A stretch of 64,000 nt of DNA from contig CAXXRD010000002.1 in assembly GCA_963663895.2 (NCBI GenBank), positions 704,001 to 768,000 on the forward strand. Reading direction: 5' to 3'. Both the position numbers and the translations under genes were made by a program. Origin of the DNA: Dehalococcoidia bacterium. GTDB lineage: Bacteria; Chloroflexota; Dehalococcoidia; Bin125. Positions within the stretch are counted from its first letter, which is position 1, and each line of letters starts with the position of its first letter. The notes beneath the pieces were generated by a model. The model did no database searches. It had not been told where the DNA came from and saw only the letters and a list, made by a program, of their open reading frames with translations. Shown here in pieces: positions 18,857 through 28,053 of this stretch.

Positions 18857-19948
18857 TTAGAGCGTAGCGATCCCTACGATCTCGACCGTCCGGGAACCCG
18901 GCGCAGGCTCAAGGGAACCCACGTCGCACGCCTCGGGTGCGTGCCGCCGCACGATCTCCGCGTCCTCCCGCGCAACGACCACGATCATGCCGACGCCCAT
19001 GTTGAACACGCGGTACATCTCCGCGTCACTGACGGCTCCGCGCCGCTGAATCAAGCCGAACAGCGGCGGGCGGGACCAGCGCGCCGGGTCGAGGCGGGCG
19101 CAGACGCCCTCGGGCAAGATCCGCTCGAGATTTTCCTGCACCCCGCCGCCGGTGATGTGCGCGATCCCCTTGCAGCGGTCGAGAAACGGCTCGACGACGG
19201 ACAAGTAGCAGCGATGCGGACGCAGCAGCGCGGCCCCAAGGGATTCGCCGAGGTCGGGATCATGCGCCGCGAGCAAGGCGCGCGCCCGTTCCGGATCGGC
19301 AGCCAGCCCCAGCACCTCACGCGCCAGGCTGTACCCGTTCGTGTGGAGCCCGTTGCTCGGAAGCGCGAAAACCGCGTCGCCGGGGGTGATCGCCGTTCCC
19401 TCGATCTGCCGGCCTTTCTCGACCACGCCGACGATCGTGCCGGCGATGTCGAAGTCGCCCGATCGGTAGAGTCCGGGCATATCCGCGGTCTCACCGCCAA
19501 GCAAGGCCGTGCTCGTGGCGGCGCAGGCGCGCGCGACCCCCTCCACGACGGCCACCTTGCTGTCCTCGTCCAGCCCGGCGCCGGCAAGGTAGTCAAGAAA
19601 AAACAACGGACGGGCACCCGCCGTGAGGATGTCGTTCACGCAATGATTGACGAGGTCCTCGCCTACCGTGTCGTAGCGCGCGAGCGCGCGTGCGACGAGC
19701 AGCTTCGTTCCGACGCCGTCGGTAGAAGCGACGAGCAGCGGCCGAGACACGCCACTGAGGTCGAAGATCCCAGCGAAGGCGCCAATGCTCCCCAGCACTT
19801 CGGGCCGGCCTGCCTGCGCCGCAAGCGCGCGCAGCCGTGGAATCAAGCGGGTGTTGGCATCGACATTGACGCCGGCGGCAGCGTAGCGGGGCGCGCGGCC
19901 GCCGGGATCGCGGGAGGGCCCGGCAGCGGGATTGACGTTAGAGCCCAC
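18857..19948 (-). CDS. purM: phosphoribosylformylglycinamidine cyclo-ligase
   Basis: YAAAGV, STDGVGTK, PLFFLDY, GGETADMP, HITGGG, FNMGVG. Confidence 0.98.
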   Translation of the reverse strand: MGSNVNPAAGPSRDPGGRAPRYAAAGVNVDANTRLIPRLRALAAQAGRPEVLGSIGAFAGIFDLSGVSRPLLVASTDGVGTKLLVARALARYDTVGEDLVNHCVNDILTAGARPLFFLDYLAGAGLDEDSKVAVVEGVARACAATSTALLGGETADMPGLYRSGDFDIAGTIVGVVEKGRQIEGTAITPGDAVFALPSNGLHTNGYSLAREVLGLAADPERARALLAAHDPDLGESLGAALLRPHRCYLSVVEPFLDRCKGIAHITGGGVQENLERILPEGVCARLDPARWSRPPLFGLIQRRGAVSDAEMYRVFNMGVGMIVVVAREDAEIVRRHAPEACDVGSLEPAPGSRTVEIVGIATL

Positions 19949-19959
19949 GCATCCAATTT

Positions 19960-21468
19960 CTAACGCGGCGCGGTGTGCACGGCGACGTTCGCGACGAGAT
20001 GGGGCGAATCACCGTCGAGCGCTGCTTCTTCGCTCTCGAATACGAACTTGTCCATCTCCAGCTGCACCGGTATCGGATACTCGCCGGTGAAGCAGGCGAG
20101 GCAGTGGCGGTCGTCGCCCAAGCTGATCGCGCGCCGCAGGCCCTCGACGCTCAGATAGCCCAAGCTGTCGGCGTTGATATGCCGCCGGATCTCTTCGACC
20201 GTTCGCTGGGCGGCGATCAGCTCGCCCCGGGTGGCCATGTCCACGCCGAAGAAACAGGCGTTGGTGATCGGAGGCGCACAGATGCGCATGTGCACTTCGG
20301 CGGCCCCGGCGTCACGCAGCATCTGCACCACGCGGGGCGTCGTCGTGCCCCGCACGATCGAATCATCAACGACGACGACGCGCTTGCCGGCAAGGACCTC
20401 CGGCAGAGGATTGAACTTGAGGTTGACGCCAAGCTCGCGGATGCGCTGATCGGGTTGAATGAAGGTGCGACCCACGTAGCGGTTCTTGACGAGCCCCTCG
20501 GCGTAGGGCAGACCGGCCTTCCGCGCATAGCCCACAGCGGCAGCGGTGGCGGAATCCGGGATGCCGATCACGAGATCCCCGTCGTGGGCGGGCTGCTCAC
20601 TCGCGAGCCGCGCGCCCATGGCAAGACGGCTCGAATACACCAAGCGGCCGTCGAGTTTGGAATCGGGGCGCGCGAAGTAGATGTGCTCGAACACACAGCT
20701 CGCTTGCCGCTCCACCGGCGCTACCTGGGCGGAGGTCAGACCTTCGGCGGCGATCGTCACGAATTCACCCGGCGCGATCTCGCGGAGATATTCGGCGCCG
20801 ATATGGTCGAGCGCACACGTCTCCGAGGCGACGGCGTAGCCGCCGTCGATCCGTCCCAGACAAAGCGGTCGCACGGCCAACGGGTCCCGCGCCGCCATGA
20901 GTCGATCCTCGGTGAGCAAGACGAGCGAGTAGGCTCCGCGGAAGACGCGCATCACTTGGGCGAAGCGATCGGCCCAAGTGCCGCGCGCGGCTTGGAGGTA
21001 GCGACCCACGATCTCCGAGTCGGTCGAGGTTTCGAAGCGGTGGCCATCGGCCTCCATCTCCGCGCGGACCTCGACAGCGTTGACGATGTTGCCGTTGTGC
21101 GCGAGGGCGAGGTCGCCGTCGGCGCCCGGCAACACTAAAGGTTGCGCGTTGCACGCGCGGCTCGATCCTGTCGTGGAATAGCGCGTATGCCCGATCGCGG
21201 CGACGCCGTCGAGTGGAGCGAGATCGCTTTCGGCAAAGACCTGCGATACCAGGCCCATGCCGGTGTGCAGGCTCAGCTGCGTGCCGTCGGAAACGCAGAT
21301 CCCCGCGCTCTCTTGGCCGCGATGCTGGAGAGCGTAGAGCCCGTAGAACGTGAGGCGCGCGACATCTAAACCGGGAGCGTAGAGACCAAAGACGCCGCAA
21401 GCTTCCCGGACTCGGTCGCCCACAGTCGCCTCCGAGTCACCGTCGCGCCGCGCGTCCTTCACCCGCAT
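19960..21468 (-). CDS. purF: amidophosphoribosyltransferase
   Basis: EACGVFG, LQHRGQESAG, GHTRYST, HNGN, VDDSIVRGTT; start uncertain. Confidence 0.97.
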   Translation of the reverse strand: MRVKDARRDGDSEATVGDRVREACGVFGLYAPGLDVARLTFYGLYALQHRGQESAGICVSDGTQLSLHTGMGLVSQVFAESDLAPLDGVAAIGHTRYSTTGSSRACNAQPLVLPGADGDLALAHNGNIVNAVEVRAEMEADGHRFETSTDSEIVGRYLQAARGTWADRFAQVMRVFRGAYSLVLLTEDRLMAARDPLAVRPLCLGRIDGGYAVASETCALDHIGAEYLREIAPGEFVTIAAEGLTSAQVAPVERQASCVFEHIYFARPDSKLDGRLVYSSRLAMGARLASEQPAHDGDLVIGIPDSATAAAVGYARKAGLPYAEGLVKNRYVGRTFIQPDQRIRELGVNLKFNPLPEVLAGKRVVVVDDSIVRGTTTPRVVQMLRDAGAAEVHMRICAPPITNACFFGVDMATRGELIAAQRTVEEIRRHINADSLGYLSVEGLRRAISLGDDRHCLACFTGEYPIPVQLEMDKFVFESEEAALDGDSPHLVANVAVHTAPR

Positions 21469-21568
21469 CAGGACCCCGCGCCGCCACCACTCAAAAGTAA
21501 CAACCTCGCCAAGCGGGCGCCAGCCCCCTTCTTGCACAATTCCACCTGGGCGAGGTCGAGGGGACGGC

Positions 21569-22252
21569 CTACCAGATCGGACCACGGACGGGAGCGCCGC
21601 TCAGGGCCGCGAATGCCTCGGCAACTTCCATCACCTGATCGAGCCCCCGTTCCTCGAACTCCCGCGGGACCGCGAGGCCACCGATGCGCCGCCGCGTCCC
21701 ACTCTTCTTGACCAAGGTGATCTCCCACTGCGCGAAAGCATGCGCGGGCTCGACGCCGTCGGGCCGCCGGATCTCCCGCCCTGCATCCTCGACCAAGAAC
21801 TCACGGATCTTCCAGAAAGGCACGAGATCCGTGGTACCGACCCCCATGCCCAGGAAGCCCTGTTTCCAGGCCACGGCCTCTCCCTCCCGGTCGGCGACCA
21901 CGCTCGCGCCAAACAGCGTGTATACGAGTCCGAGTCCAGAGATCGGCAGCGCGAGCACGGCCAAGATGAGCAGCAGCGGCAACGTCCAGGCGGGCAGCGC
22001 GCTGGCCCACTGCAGCAGGGCGAACAAGAGAAACGCCGTGAGGCCGATCCCCAGCGCCGGGAACACGATCAGGGAGTTGGGCCGCCGCACCTCGATCCGC
22101 GTCGGCGAGATGCGCACAACCCGCCGGTGCAGCAGCACCTCGCGCGGGGTGAGCGCTTCGCCGGGAACCGGGGACGGGCTCCCGCTGGAGGCGACTGAGG
22201 CGGAGCCGCCCAACGCGTCTTCGCCGGCCATGCGATCAGGCGCGACTTCCAT
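21569..22252 (-). CDS. hypothetical membrane protein (2 TM plus soluble domain)
   Basis: Two hydrophobic helices; fills the gap upstream of purF; start uncertain. Confidence 0.7.
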   Translation of the reverse strand: MEVAPDRMAGEDALGGSASVASSGSPSPVPGEALTPREVLLHRRVVRISPTRIEVRRPNSLIVFPALGIGLTAFLLFALLQWASALPAWTLPLLLILAVLALPISGLGLVYTLFGASVVADREGEAVAWKQGFLGMGVGTTDLVPFWKIREFLVEDAGREIRRPDGVEPAHAFAQWEITLVKKSGTRRRIGGLAVPREFEERGLDQVMEVAEAFAALSGAPVRGPIW

Positions 22253-22334
22253 GCCCGCTGAGTATATGAGGGGCGTCCGCGCACAATGCCAACCGGGTAC
22301 AGCGCGCCGGCCGCTTTGCCCTATCCTCCAGTCG

Positions 22335-22562
22335 ATGGACCGCACACGCCTCACCGGACTGCTGCTCATGGCGGCGGCGGTAATCGAGCTACTGCTCTTC
22401 TGTGGCGGTGTGGCGCGGCGGAGCTATGCCGCGCTGGCGCTGCCGGTAACGGTGGGCGTCGCGCTCGCATCCGCGCTGGCATTCTGGATGGGGTGGACGC
22501 TCGTATCGATGGAGGACGACTTGGCCGGCCTCGAATTCGAGACGGAACCGCTCGACGATTAG
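22335..22562 (+). CDS. small 2-TM hypothetical protein with acidic tail
   Basis: MDRTRLTGLLLMAAAVIELLLF...FWMGWTLVSMEDDLAGLEFETEPLDD. Confidence 0.65.
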   Translation: MDRTRLTGLLLMAAAVIELLLFCGGVARRSYAALALPVTVGVALASALAFWMGWTLVSMEDDLAGLEFETEPLDD

Positions 22563-23077
22563 TCCTCGCCCGCCTCGGTTCCCCACGCCGGACCAGCGAC
22601 CGCGACGAGATCACTGGTGTCGATCGCGGCGAGCGCCGTCTGCACGTCCTCGGTCCAGCCCGGCAGGCGCCGCTCGGGATCGAGATCGGCCAGAGGACGC
22701 AACACGAAGCCCCGCTCCCGAATCCGGGGATGCGGGACGGTGAGCCGCTCCAACTCGATGACGCGGTCGCCAAAGAAGAGGATGTCGAGATCGAGGGGGC
22801 GGGGGCCCCAGCGCCGCCCGGGACGGCGCCCCGCAGCATGCTCGATCTCCTTGAGATAATCGAGCAGTTGCAGCGGCTCCAGGCCGGTCTCCGCCAGACA
22901 GACCGCGTTCTGGAACGCCGGCTGATCCGTCACTCCGACCGGCGCCGACTCATACAGCGGCGACAGCTTCGTGACGCGCACGCGCGGGGGCAGCCGCGCG
23001 AGGCCGAAACGCAAATTGGCGCGGCGGTCGCCGAGGTTGGCCCCAAGCGCGATCCCAATCTCGACCCAGTCAGCCAC
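22559..23077 (-). CDS. folK: 2-amino-4-hydroxy-6-hydroxymethyldihydropteridine diphosphokinase
   Basis: ALGANLGDR, FQNAV, RWGPRPLDLDIL, PHPRIRERGFVL. Confidence 0.96.
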   Translation of the reverse strand: MADWVEIGIALGANLGDRRANLRFGLARLPPRVRVTKLSPLYESAPVGVTDQPAFQNAVCLAETGLEPLQLLDYLKEIEHAAGRRPGRRWGPRPLDLDILFFGDRVIELERLTVPHPRIRERGFVLRPLADLDPERRLPGWTEDVQTALAAIDTSDLVAVAGPAWGTEAGED

Positions 23078-23921
23078 GGGACGGATCCCAGCCGCGCACC
23101 ACCGCGTCCGTCATGCACGCCACACGGCCCATCGCACCCACGTCGTGGACGCGCACGATATCGGCGCCGTTGGCGATAGCGAGCGCAACCAACGCCGCCG
23201 TGCCTTCAAGACGCTGCTGCACGGGAACATCCAGCACCAATCCGATCACGCTCTTGCGCGAAGGGCCCACGAGAATCGGCCGGCCGATCCCACGCAGCTC
23301 GCCCAGCCGCCGGATGATCTCCAGGTTCTGCTGCGGCTCCCAGCCGAAGCCCAGCCCCGGGTCGATAATCAGCCGCTCGCGCGGCAAGCCCGCCCGCGCC
23401 GCCACCTGGAAGGACGCCGCCAGCCCGGCGCGGACGTCGTCGGCTACATCGCGGAAAGGGCGGCCGCGCTGATTGTGCATCACGACGGCGGCGGCGGCCG
23501 CCTCCGCAACCGCGGATGCCATCTCGGCGTCGCCGCGCAGGCCACTCGTGTCGTTGATGAGGCTGGCGCCGGCCGCGAGAGCCGCCTGCGCGACCTCGCC
23601 GCTGGTCGTGTCGACGCTCAGCGGCAGGTCGCAGAGATCGCGCAGGCGCTCCAGTACGGGCAGCAGGCGCGCGATCTGCTGTTCGGCCGGCACGGGTGTG
23701 AACCCCGGCCGGGTCGACTCGGCGCCCAAGTCCAAAATGTCCGCCCCCTCCGCCGCGAAGCGCTCCGCTTGCGCGAGGGCCCGATCCACGTCGGCGGCGA
23801 GGCCGTCTCCCGCGAAGGAATCGCTGGTCAGATTGAGAATGCCCATGAGATAGGTGCGCCGGCCCCAGTCGAAGCGACGACCGGCCAGTGCGATTGGAGC
23901 GGGGCGAGGGACATCCGGCAT
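23070..23921 (-). CDS. folP: dihydropteroate synthase
   Basis: MGILNLTSDSF, GAESTRPG, IDPGLGF, SRKS, VRVHDV. Confidence 0.97.
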   Translation of the reverse strand: MPDVPRPAPIALAGRRFDWGRRTYLMGILNLTSDSFAGDGLAADVDRALAQAERFAAEGADILDLGAESTRPGFTPVPAEQQIARLLPVLERLRDLCDLPLSVDTTSGEVAQAALAAGASLINDTSGLRGDAEMASAVAEAAAAAVVMHNQRGRPFRDVADDVRAGLAASFQVAARAGLPRERLIIDPGLGFGWEPQQNLEIIRRLGELRGIGRPILVGPSRKSVIGLVLDVPVQQRLEGTAALVALAIANGADIVRVHDVGAMGRVACMTDAVVRGWDPSRG

Positions 23922-23950
23922 GGCGCGAGAACCGCCGATCGACCAGCACT

Positions 23951-24466
23951 TCAGGACGAGAGAGAGACCTCACGGACGGTGACGCGGGGGCGGCCCTGTG
24001 GATTCTCCACGGTCTCCAGGCGCAGACGCTCGCTGCCGAGAGGCGACTCACCCACATCCCAGCCGACCTCGGTCGCTCTCTCTCCTTCGATCCGCCACGC
24101 GCGCACTTCCGGTTGGGAGTGCTGCAGCGATACGACGACCCAGTAGGGCCACGGATCAGCGCTCTCCCACATGCGGGCGAATTTCATATCGGTAGGGGAG
24201 GGACACGCCTCCGTCTTGGTGTGGGAATGGTAAATGACGAGCAGGTCGGCGTCGCACGCGTCGATGGTGCGATAGAGGAAATGCAACTCCGCTGGCGGAA
24301 TGGAGAAGCGGAACGGCGACGCCTCGGCATTCGTCGCCCGATAGAGTCTGAGCGCGCCGCCGGGCAGACGCAGGACCACGCCGCAGGCCTCGTTCGGTGC
24401 ATCCTCGCGGGCATGCGCGATCATCTCCGCAATGAAGGCCTGGGGCAGAGCAAGCTCGCTAGCCAT
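23951..24466 (-). CDS. JAMM/MPN+ (M67) metalloprotease, Mec-like
   Basis: PNEACG, IYHSH...PSPTD motif. Confidence 0.92.
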   Translation of the reverse strand: MASELALPQAFIAEMIAHAREDAPNEACGVVLRLPGGALRLYRATNAEASPFRFSIPPAELHFLYRTIDACDADLLVIYHSHTKTEACPSPTDMKFARMWESADPWPYWVVVSLQHSQPEVRAWRIEGERATEVGWDVGESPLGSERLRLETVENPQGRPRVTVREVSLSS

Positions 24467-24481
24467 CGCTCGCGCGGCAGG

Positions 24482-25438
24482 TTACCACCAAATCTTTCCC
24501 TCGATCGCTTCGTCCCCACGGATCTCCTCGTAGTCACGCTCCCAGAGGCGCGTAGAGATGTACTTCCACCCCCCGTCGGCGAGCAGCACGACGATATCGC
24601 CGTGCGACAGCCGCTCCGCCACCCGCTGCGCGGTGCGCACGGCGGCGCCCGCGGAGATGCCCGTGAAGATCCCCTCGTTGTCCATGAGCGCCTTGGCGAC
24701 CGCGAACGAGGTTCGGCTATCGACCATGATCCGAGCGTCCAGCACCGACTCATCCAGCACCGGAGGGATGTACCCCTCGTCGAGGCTGCGCAAGCCCTGA
24801 ACGAGATCGCCGGGGTGCGGGACCGAGGCGATAATCCGAACCTCCGGCTTGGTGGCCCTGAAGAAGCGGCCCACGCCCGTTAGCGTTCCGCCGGTGCCCA
24901 GTCCCGCCACGAAATGCGTGATGCTCGGACAGTCGCGCAGGATCTCGGGTCCGGTGGTCTCTTCGTGGGCGGCAGGATTGGCGGGATTCTCGTACTGGAA
25001 GGGCATGAACAGGGACGGATCCTGCTCGGCCAGCTCCTGTGCCATCTGCACCGATCCGTTGGTCCCCAACGCACCCGGGGAAAGAATGATCTCGGCGCCG
25101 TAGAACCGGAGCAGATCCCGGCGCTCCGCACTCACGCTCTCCGGCATCACGCAGCGAATCGGGTGCCCGTAGATCCGCGCGATCATCGCGAGCGAGATGC
25201 CGGTGTTGCCGCTCGTGGGTTCCAGGATCGTCTGCCCGGGCCGGAGCGACCCGTCCGCGCGGGCCGCGGCGATCATGGCCTTCGCGATCCGGTCCTTCAC
25301 CGATCCCGTGGGATTATGCCCCTCGAGCTTGGCCCAGATGCGCACGGCCGGGCTGGGCGATGTACGCCGCAGCCGTACGATCGGCGTGTTCCCGATCAGG
25401 TCGAGGGGCGAATCGTAAAGGCGCGCCTCAAGCGACAC
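24482..25438 (-). CDS. cysM: PLP-dependent cysteine synthase (CysO-dependent CysM type)
   Basis: KLEGHNPTGSVKDR, EPTSGNTG, GLGTGGT, DGGWKYIS, C-terminal WW; flanked by Ubl and JAMM genes. Confidence 0.9.
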   Translation of the reverse strand: MSLEARLYDSPLDLIGNTPIVRLRRTSPSPAVRIWAKLEGHNPTGSVKDRIAKAMIAAARADGSLRPGQTILEPTSGNTGISLAMIARIYGHPIRCVMPESVSAERRDLLRFYGAEIILSPGALGTNGSVQMAQELAEQDPSLFMPFQYENPANPAAHEETTGPEILRDCPSITHFVAGLGTGGTLTGVGRFFRATKPEVRIIASVPHPGDLVQGLRSLDEGYIPPVLDESVLDARIMVDSRTSFAVAKALMDNEGIFTGISAGAAVRTAQRVAERLSHGDIVVLLADGGWKYISTRLWERDYEEIRGDEAIEGKIWW

Positions 25439-25446
25439 AGCACCGC

Positions 25447-25719
25447 CTACCCGCCAGCGAGCGCGGGAAGGATCGCGATCGCATCCCCATCCGCGATCGG
25501 CGTGTCGAGCTGTCCGAGGAAGCGGATATCCTCGTCGTTCAGGAAAATATTGACGAACCGGCGCAACTCGCCATCCTCCACCAACTGATCGCGAAATCCC
25601 GGGTAGTCCCGATCGATATCGGCGAGCAGATCGCGCACGGTCGGGCTCGCGTAGTGCAGCACCTTTTGGCCCTGGGTAACGTTCTGGAGCACAGACGGAA
25701 CCCGAACTTCGATGGGCAT
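25447..25719 (-). CDS. ubiquitin-like sulfur carrier (CysO/MoaD family)
   Basis: 90 aa, RRFVNIFLNDEDIRF, free C-terminal ALAGG. Confidence 0.93.
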   Translation of the reverse strand: MPIEVRVPSVLQNVTQGQKVLHYASPTVRDLLADIDRDYPGFRDQLVEDGELRRFVNIFLNDEDIRFLGQLDTPIADGDAIAILPALAGG

Positions 25720-25730
25720 CGCGCGCTCCG

Positions 25731-26831
25731 TTAGACGGAGGCGGCGACGGCGCCCTCGTGGAAGGGCGACCCGCAGAAAGCCTCGTAGTCGATCAGCGCG
25801 AATACGGTGGGATCATCGCCACACAGGGGGCACTTGGGGTCGCGCCGGATCTTGACGGTGCGGAACTCCATCGCCAGCGCGTCGTACAGGAGAAGCCGAT
25901 TCCGCAGCGGCTCCCCCACTTCGAGAACCAGCTTCAGGACCTCGGTGGCCTGAATCGTGCCGACGGTGCCCGGCAGAACGCCGAGTACCCCCGCCTCCGC
26001 GCAGGAGGGAACCATGCCGGGGGGTGGGGGACTGGGATAGAGGCAGCGGTAGCAGCCCTTCTCAGGGATGAACGTGGTCACCTGCCCCTCGAACAGGAAG
26101 ATACTGCCGTCGACCAGCGGCTTACCCGCGAAAAATGAGGCATCGTTCACCAAGTAGCGCGTCGCGAAATTGTCCGCGCCGTTCACGATGATGTCGTATT
26201 GAGGGATGATCTCCATCGCGTTCTCGGACGTCAGCGGCTCGCGATGCTTGATCACCGCCACGTTGGGATTGATCCGCGCGATGCGGTCAGCGGCCGAGTC
26301 GACTTTGGGGCGGCCGATGTCGTCCGTATCGTGGATGATCTGCCGCTGGAGGTTGCTGAGATCGACATCGTCGAAATCGACGATGCCGATCGTGCCGACT
26401 CCGGCGGCCGCAAGGTAGGCCAAGAGCGGTGAGCCGAGCCCGCCGGCGCCGATCGCCAGAACGCTCGCGTTTGTGATCCTGCGCTGTCCCAGCGGTCCTA
26501 CCTGATCCATGATCATGTGCCGGCTGTAGCGGTCCACCTGTTCCGGCGTCATCACCGCGCCGCCGGCGACGGCGGGAATCAAGGAAAGCTCGTCGCCGTC
26601 GTCGAGTGATGTTTCCACGCCGCCGAGCGCGCTGATCTCCTGACCGTTCACAAAGATGTCGAGCTCTTTGAGTACGTTGCGATCAGCGTCGAAGACCCGC
26701 GCGCCCAGACCAGGGAAGCGCTGGTCGAGGTCGCGGAGCACTCCCGCCACGTCCGCGCCGGCCGCGTCAACGAAGGCGCGACTCTGCGTGAACGCCCGCA
26801 ACGGGGTTGGAATGTAGACCTTCACCGGCAT
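25731..26831 (-). CDS. Ubl (MoaD/CysO-like) - E1 adenylyltransferase (MoeB/ThiF) fusion
   Basis: N-terminal beta-grasp domain ending IPAVAGG, then RYSRH, GAGGLG, SNLQRQ, CYRC, CAEAG, CPLC; no rhodanese domain; ATG 26831 after GGAGG. Confidence 0.92.
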   Translation of the reverse strand: MPVKVYIPTPLRAFTQSRAFVDAAGADVAGVLRDLDQRFPGLGARVFDADRNVLKELDIFVNGQEISALGGVETSLDDGDELSLIPAVAGGAVMTPEQVDRYSRHMIMDQVGPLGQRRITNASVLAIGAGGLGSPLLAYLAAAGVGTIGIVDFDDVDLSNLQRQIIHDTDDIGRPKVDSAADRIARINPNVAVIKHREPLTSENAMEIIPQYDIIVNGADNFATRYLVNDASFFAGKPLVDGSIFLFEGQVTTFIPEKGCYRCLYPSPPPPGMVPSCAEAGVLGVLPGTVGTIQATEVLKLVLEVGEPLRNRLLLYDALAMEFRTVKIRRDPKCPLCGDDPTVFALIDYEAFCGSPFHEGAVAASV

Positions 26832-27054
26832 GCGCACCCTCCCCCTACGGGCTTGCCAGCGGGCCCGGCCGCCGCAAGCCCAACTCACCGTAACACCTCG
26901 TCCGCCCGCCCGAGCTCGGCACGCGTTGGCGTTGACAATCCCGCGCGGCGTTCCCGGTCCCCTCGGGCCCGTGCGGAGCCGAGCAGGGCGCCGCCGGAGG
27001 GCGAGGCGACCCAACATGCGGCGGAGAAAGACACTCAAGGACACTTCGGCGCGC

Positions 27055-28053
27055 TCAGTACCGCCGCTTGCGAACGCGCACCCGCTTCAGCGCAGCCTCC
27101 GTCAACGCCGGACGCTTCCTCACCGCCTGGCGCGGCGGCCCGGCGCGGCCGGACGGCGGGGTCGCCAGGTACTCCTCCACATCCTGAACGTGCTGCTGCG
27201 GGTTCCGGAGAAGGTAGAGGGCAAGTCCGACCGCCATGACCCCCGTGATCACCGCCAGCAGCTGCGGTACCGACATCCCCCCGATCGTTTGCTCGTCCGT
27301 GCGGAGGATGCCGAGGAGCCCGCGTACGGCCGCGTAGGCGATCACGTAAAAGACGAAGCCCCAACCCGGCAGGGCGCCGCGCCGCCGCAGATAGAGCAGG
27401 ACCCCGAGGATCATGAAATCCAGGATCCACTCGTATCCACCTGCAACGGGATGCACCGCGACCGGCGCTCCGCTCTGCAAGTTTCCGGTGTCTCCACGCA
27501 CCCAAGGCTGCTGCGGCTCACCGAGAACGTACGAGGCCCAAGGCCCATCGGTCTGGGGATGCGTGTAGCGAAAGGCCCAGGGCAAGCTCGACCGATCCGC
27601 GAAGTGCTCGCCGTTAATGAGGTCGCCCCAACGGCCCACAGCCTGCCCCAAGATCATGCCCGGAGCAGCGATGTCCAGCGCCAGGAACTTTGGAAACTGC
27701 GGGCGGAAAAGCAAAACGTAGATCAGCCCGCCCAGCACGCCGCCGATCATCGCTCCGTAGATCGAGATGCCGCCATCGGTAAGCCGGAAGACGTCCCCAA
27801 CGGAGTTGATCGCGTCCGTATGCTCGATCACCCATAGCGCGCGCGCCCCCACGATGCCCGCGGGCACGGCGACCAGCGCCACCGTGAAAACGTCGTCTTC
27901 CTTGAACCCTTTGCCCCGCGCGAGCCGGTAGGAGAGGAACACCCCGGCCGCGATTCCAACCGCCGTGAAGAAACCGTGCCACGTAAGCCCGAACCCGCCC
28001 CGGATGAGGTGCGGGTCGATGTTGATATCGATAGCGGCGACGAGATCCATCAT
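27055..28053 (-). CDS. lgt: prolipoprotein diacylglyceryl transferase
   Basis: WHG, GIVGAR, GGISIYG, GQAVGRWGDLINGE, HP. Confidence 0.92.
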   Translation of the reverse strand: MMDLVAAIDINIDPHLIRGGFGLTWHGFFTAVGIAAGVFLSYRLARGKGFKEDDVFTVALVAVPAGIVGARALWVIEHTDAINSVGDVFRLTDGGISIYGAMIGGVLGGLIYVLLFRPQFPKFLALDIAAPGMILGQAVGRWGDLINGEHFADRSSLPWAFRYTHPQTDGPWASYVLGEPQQPWVRGDTGNLQSGAPVAVHPVAGGYEWILDFMILGVLLYLRRRGALPGWGFVFYVIAYAAVRGLLGILRTDEQTIGGMSVPQLLAVITGVMAVGLALYLLRNPQQHVQDVEEYLATPPSGRAGPPRQAVRKRPALTEAALKRVRVRKRRY

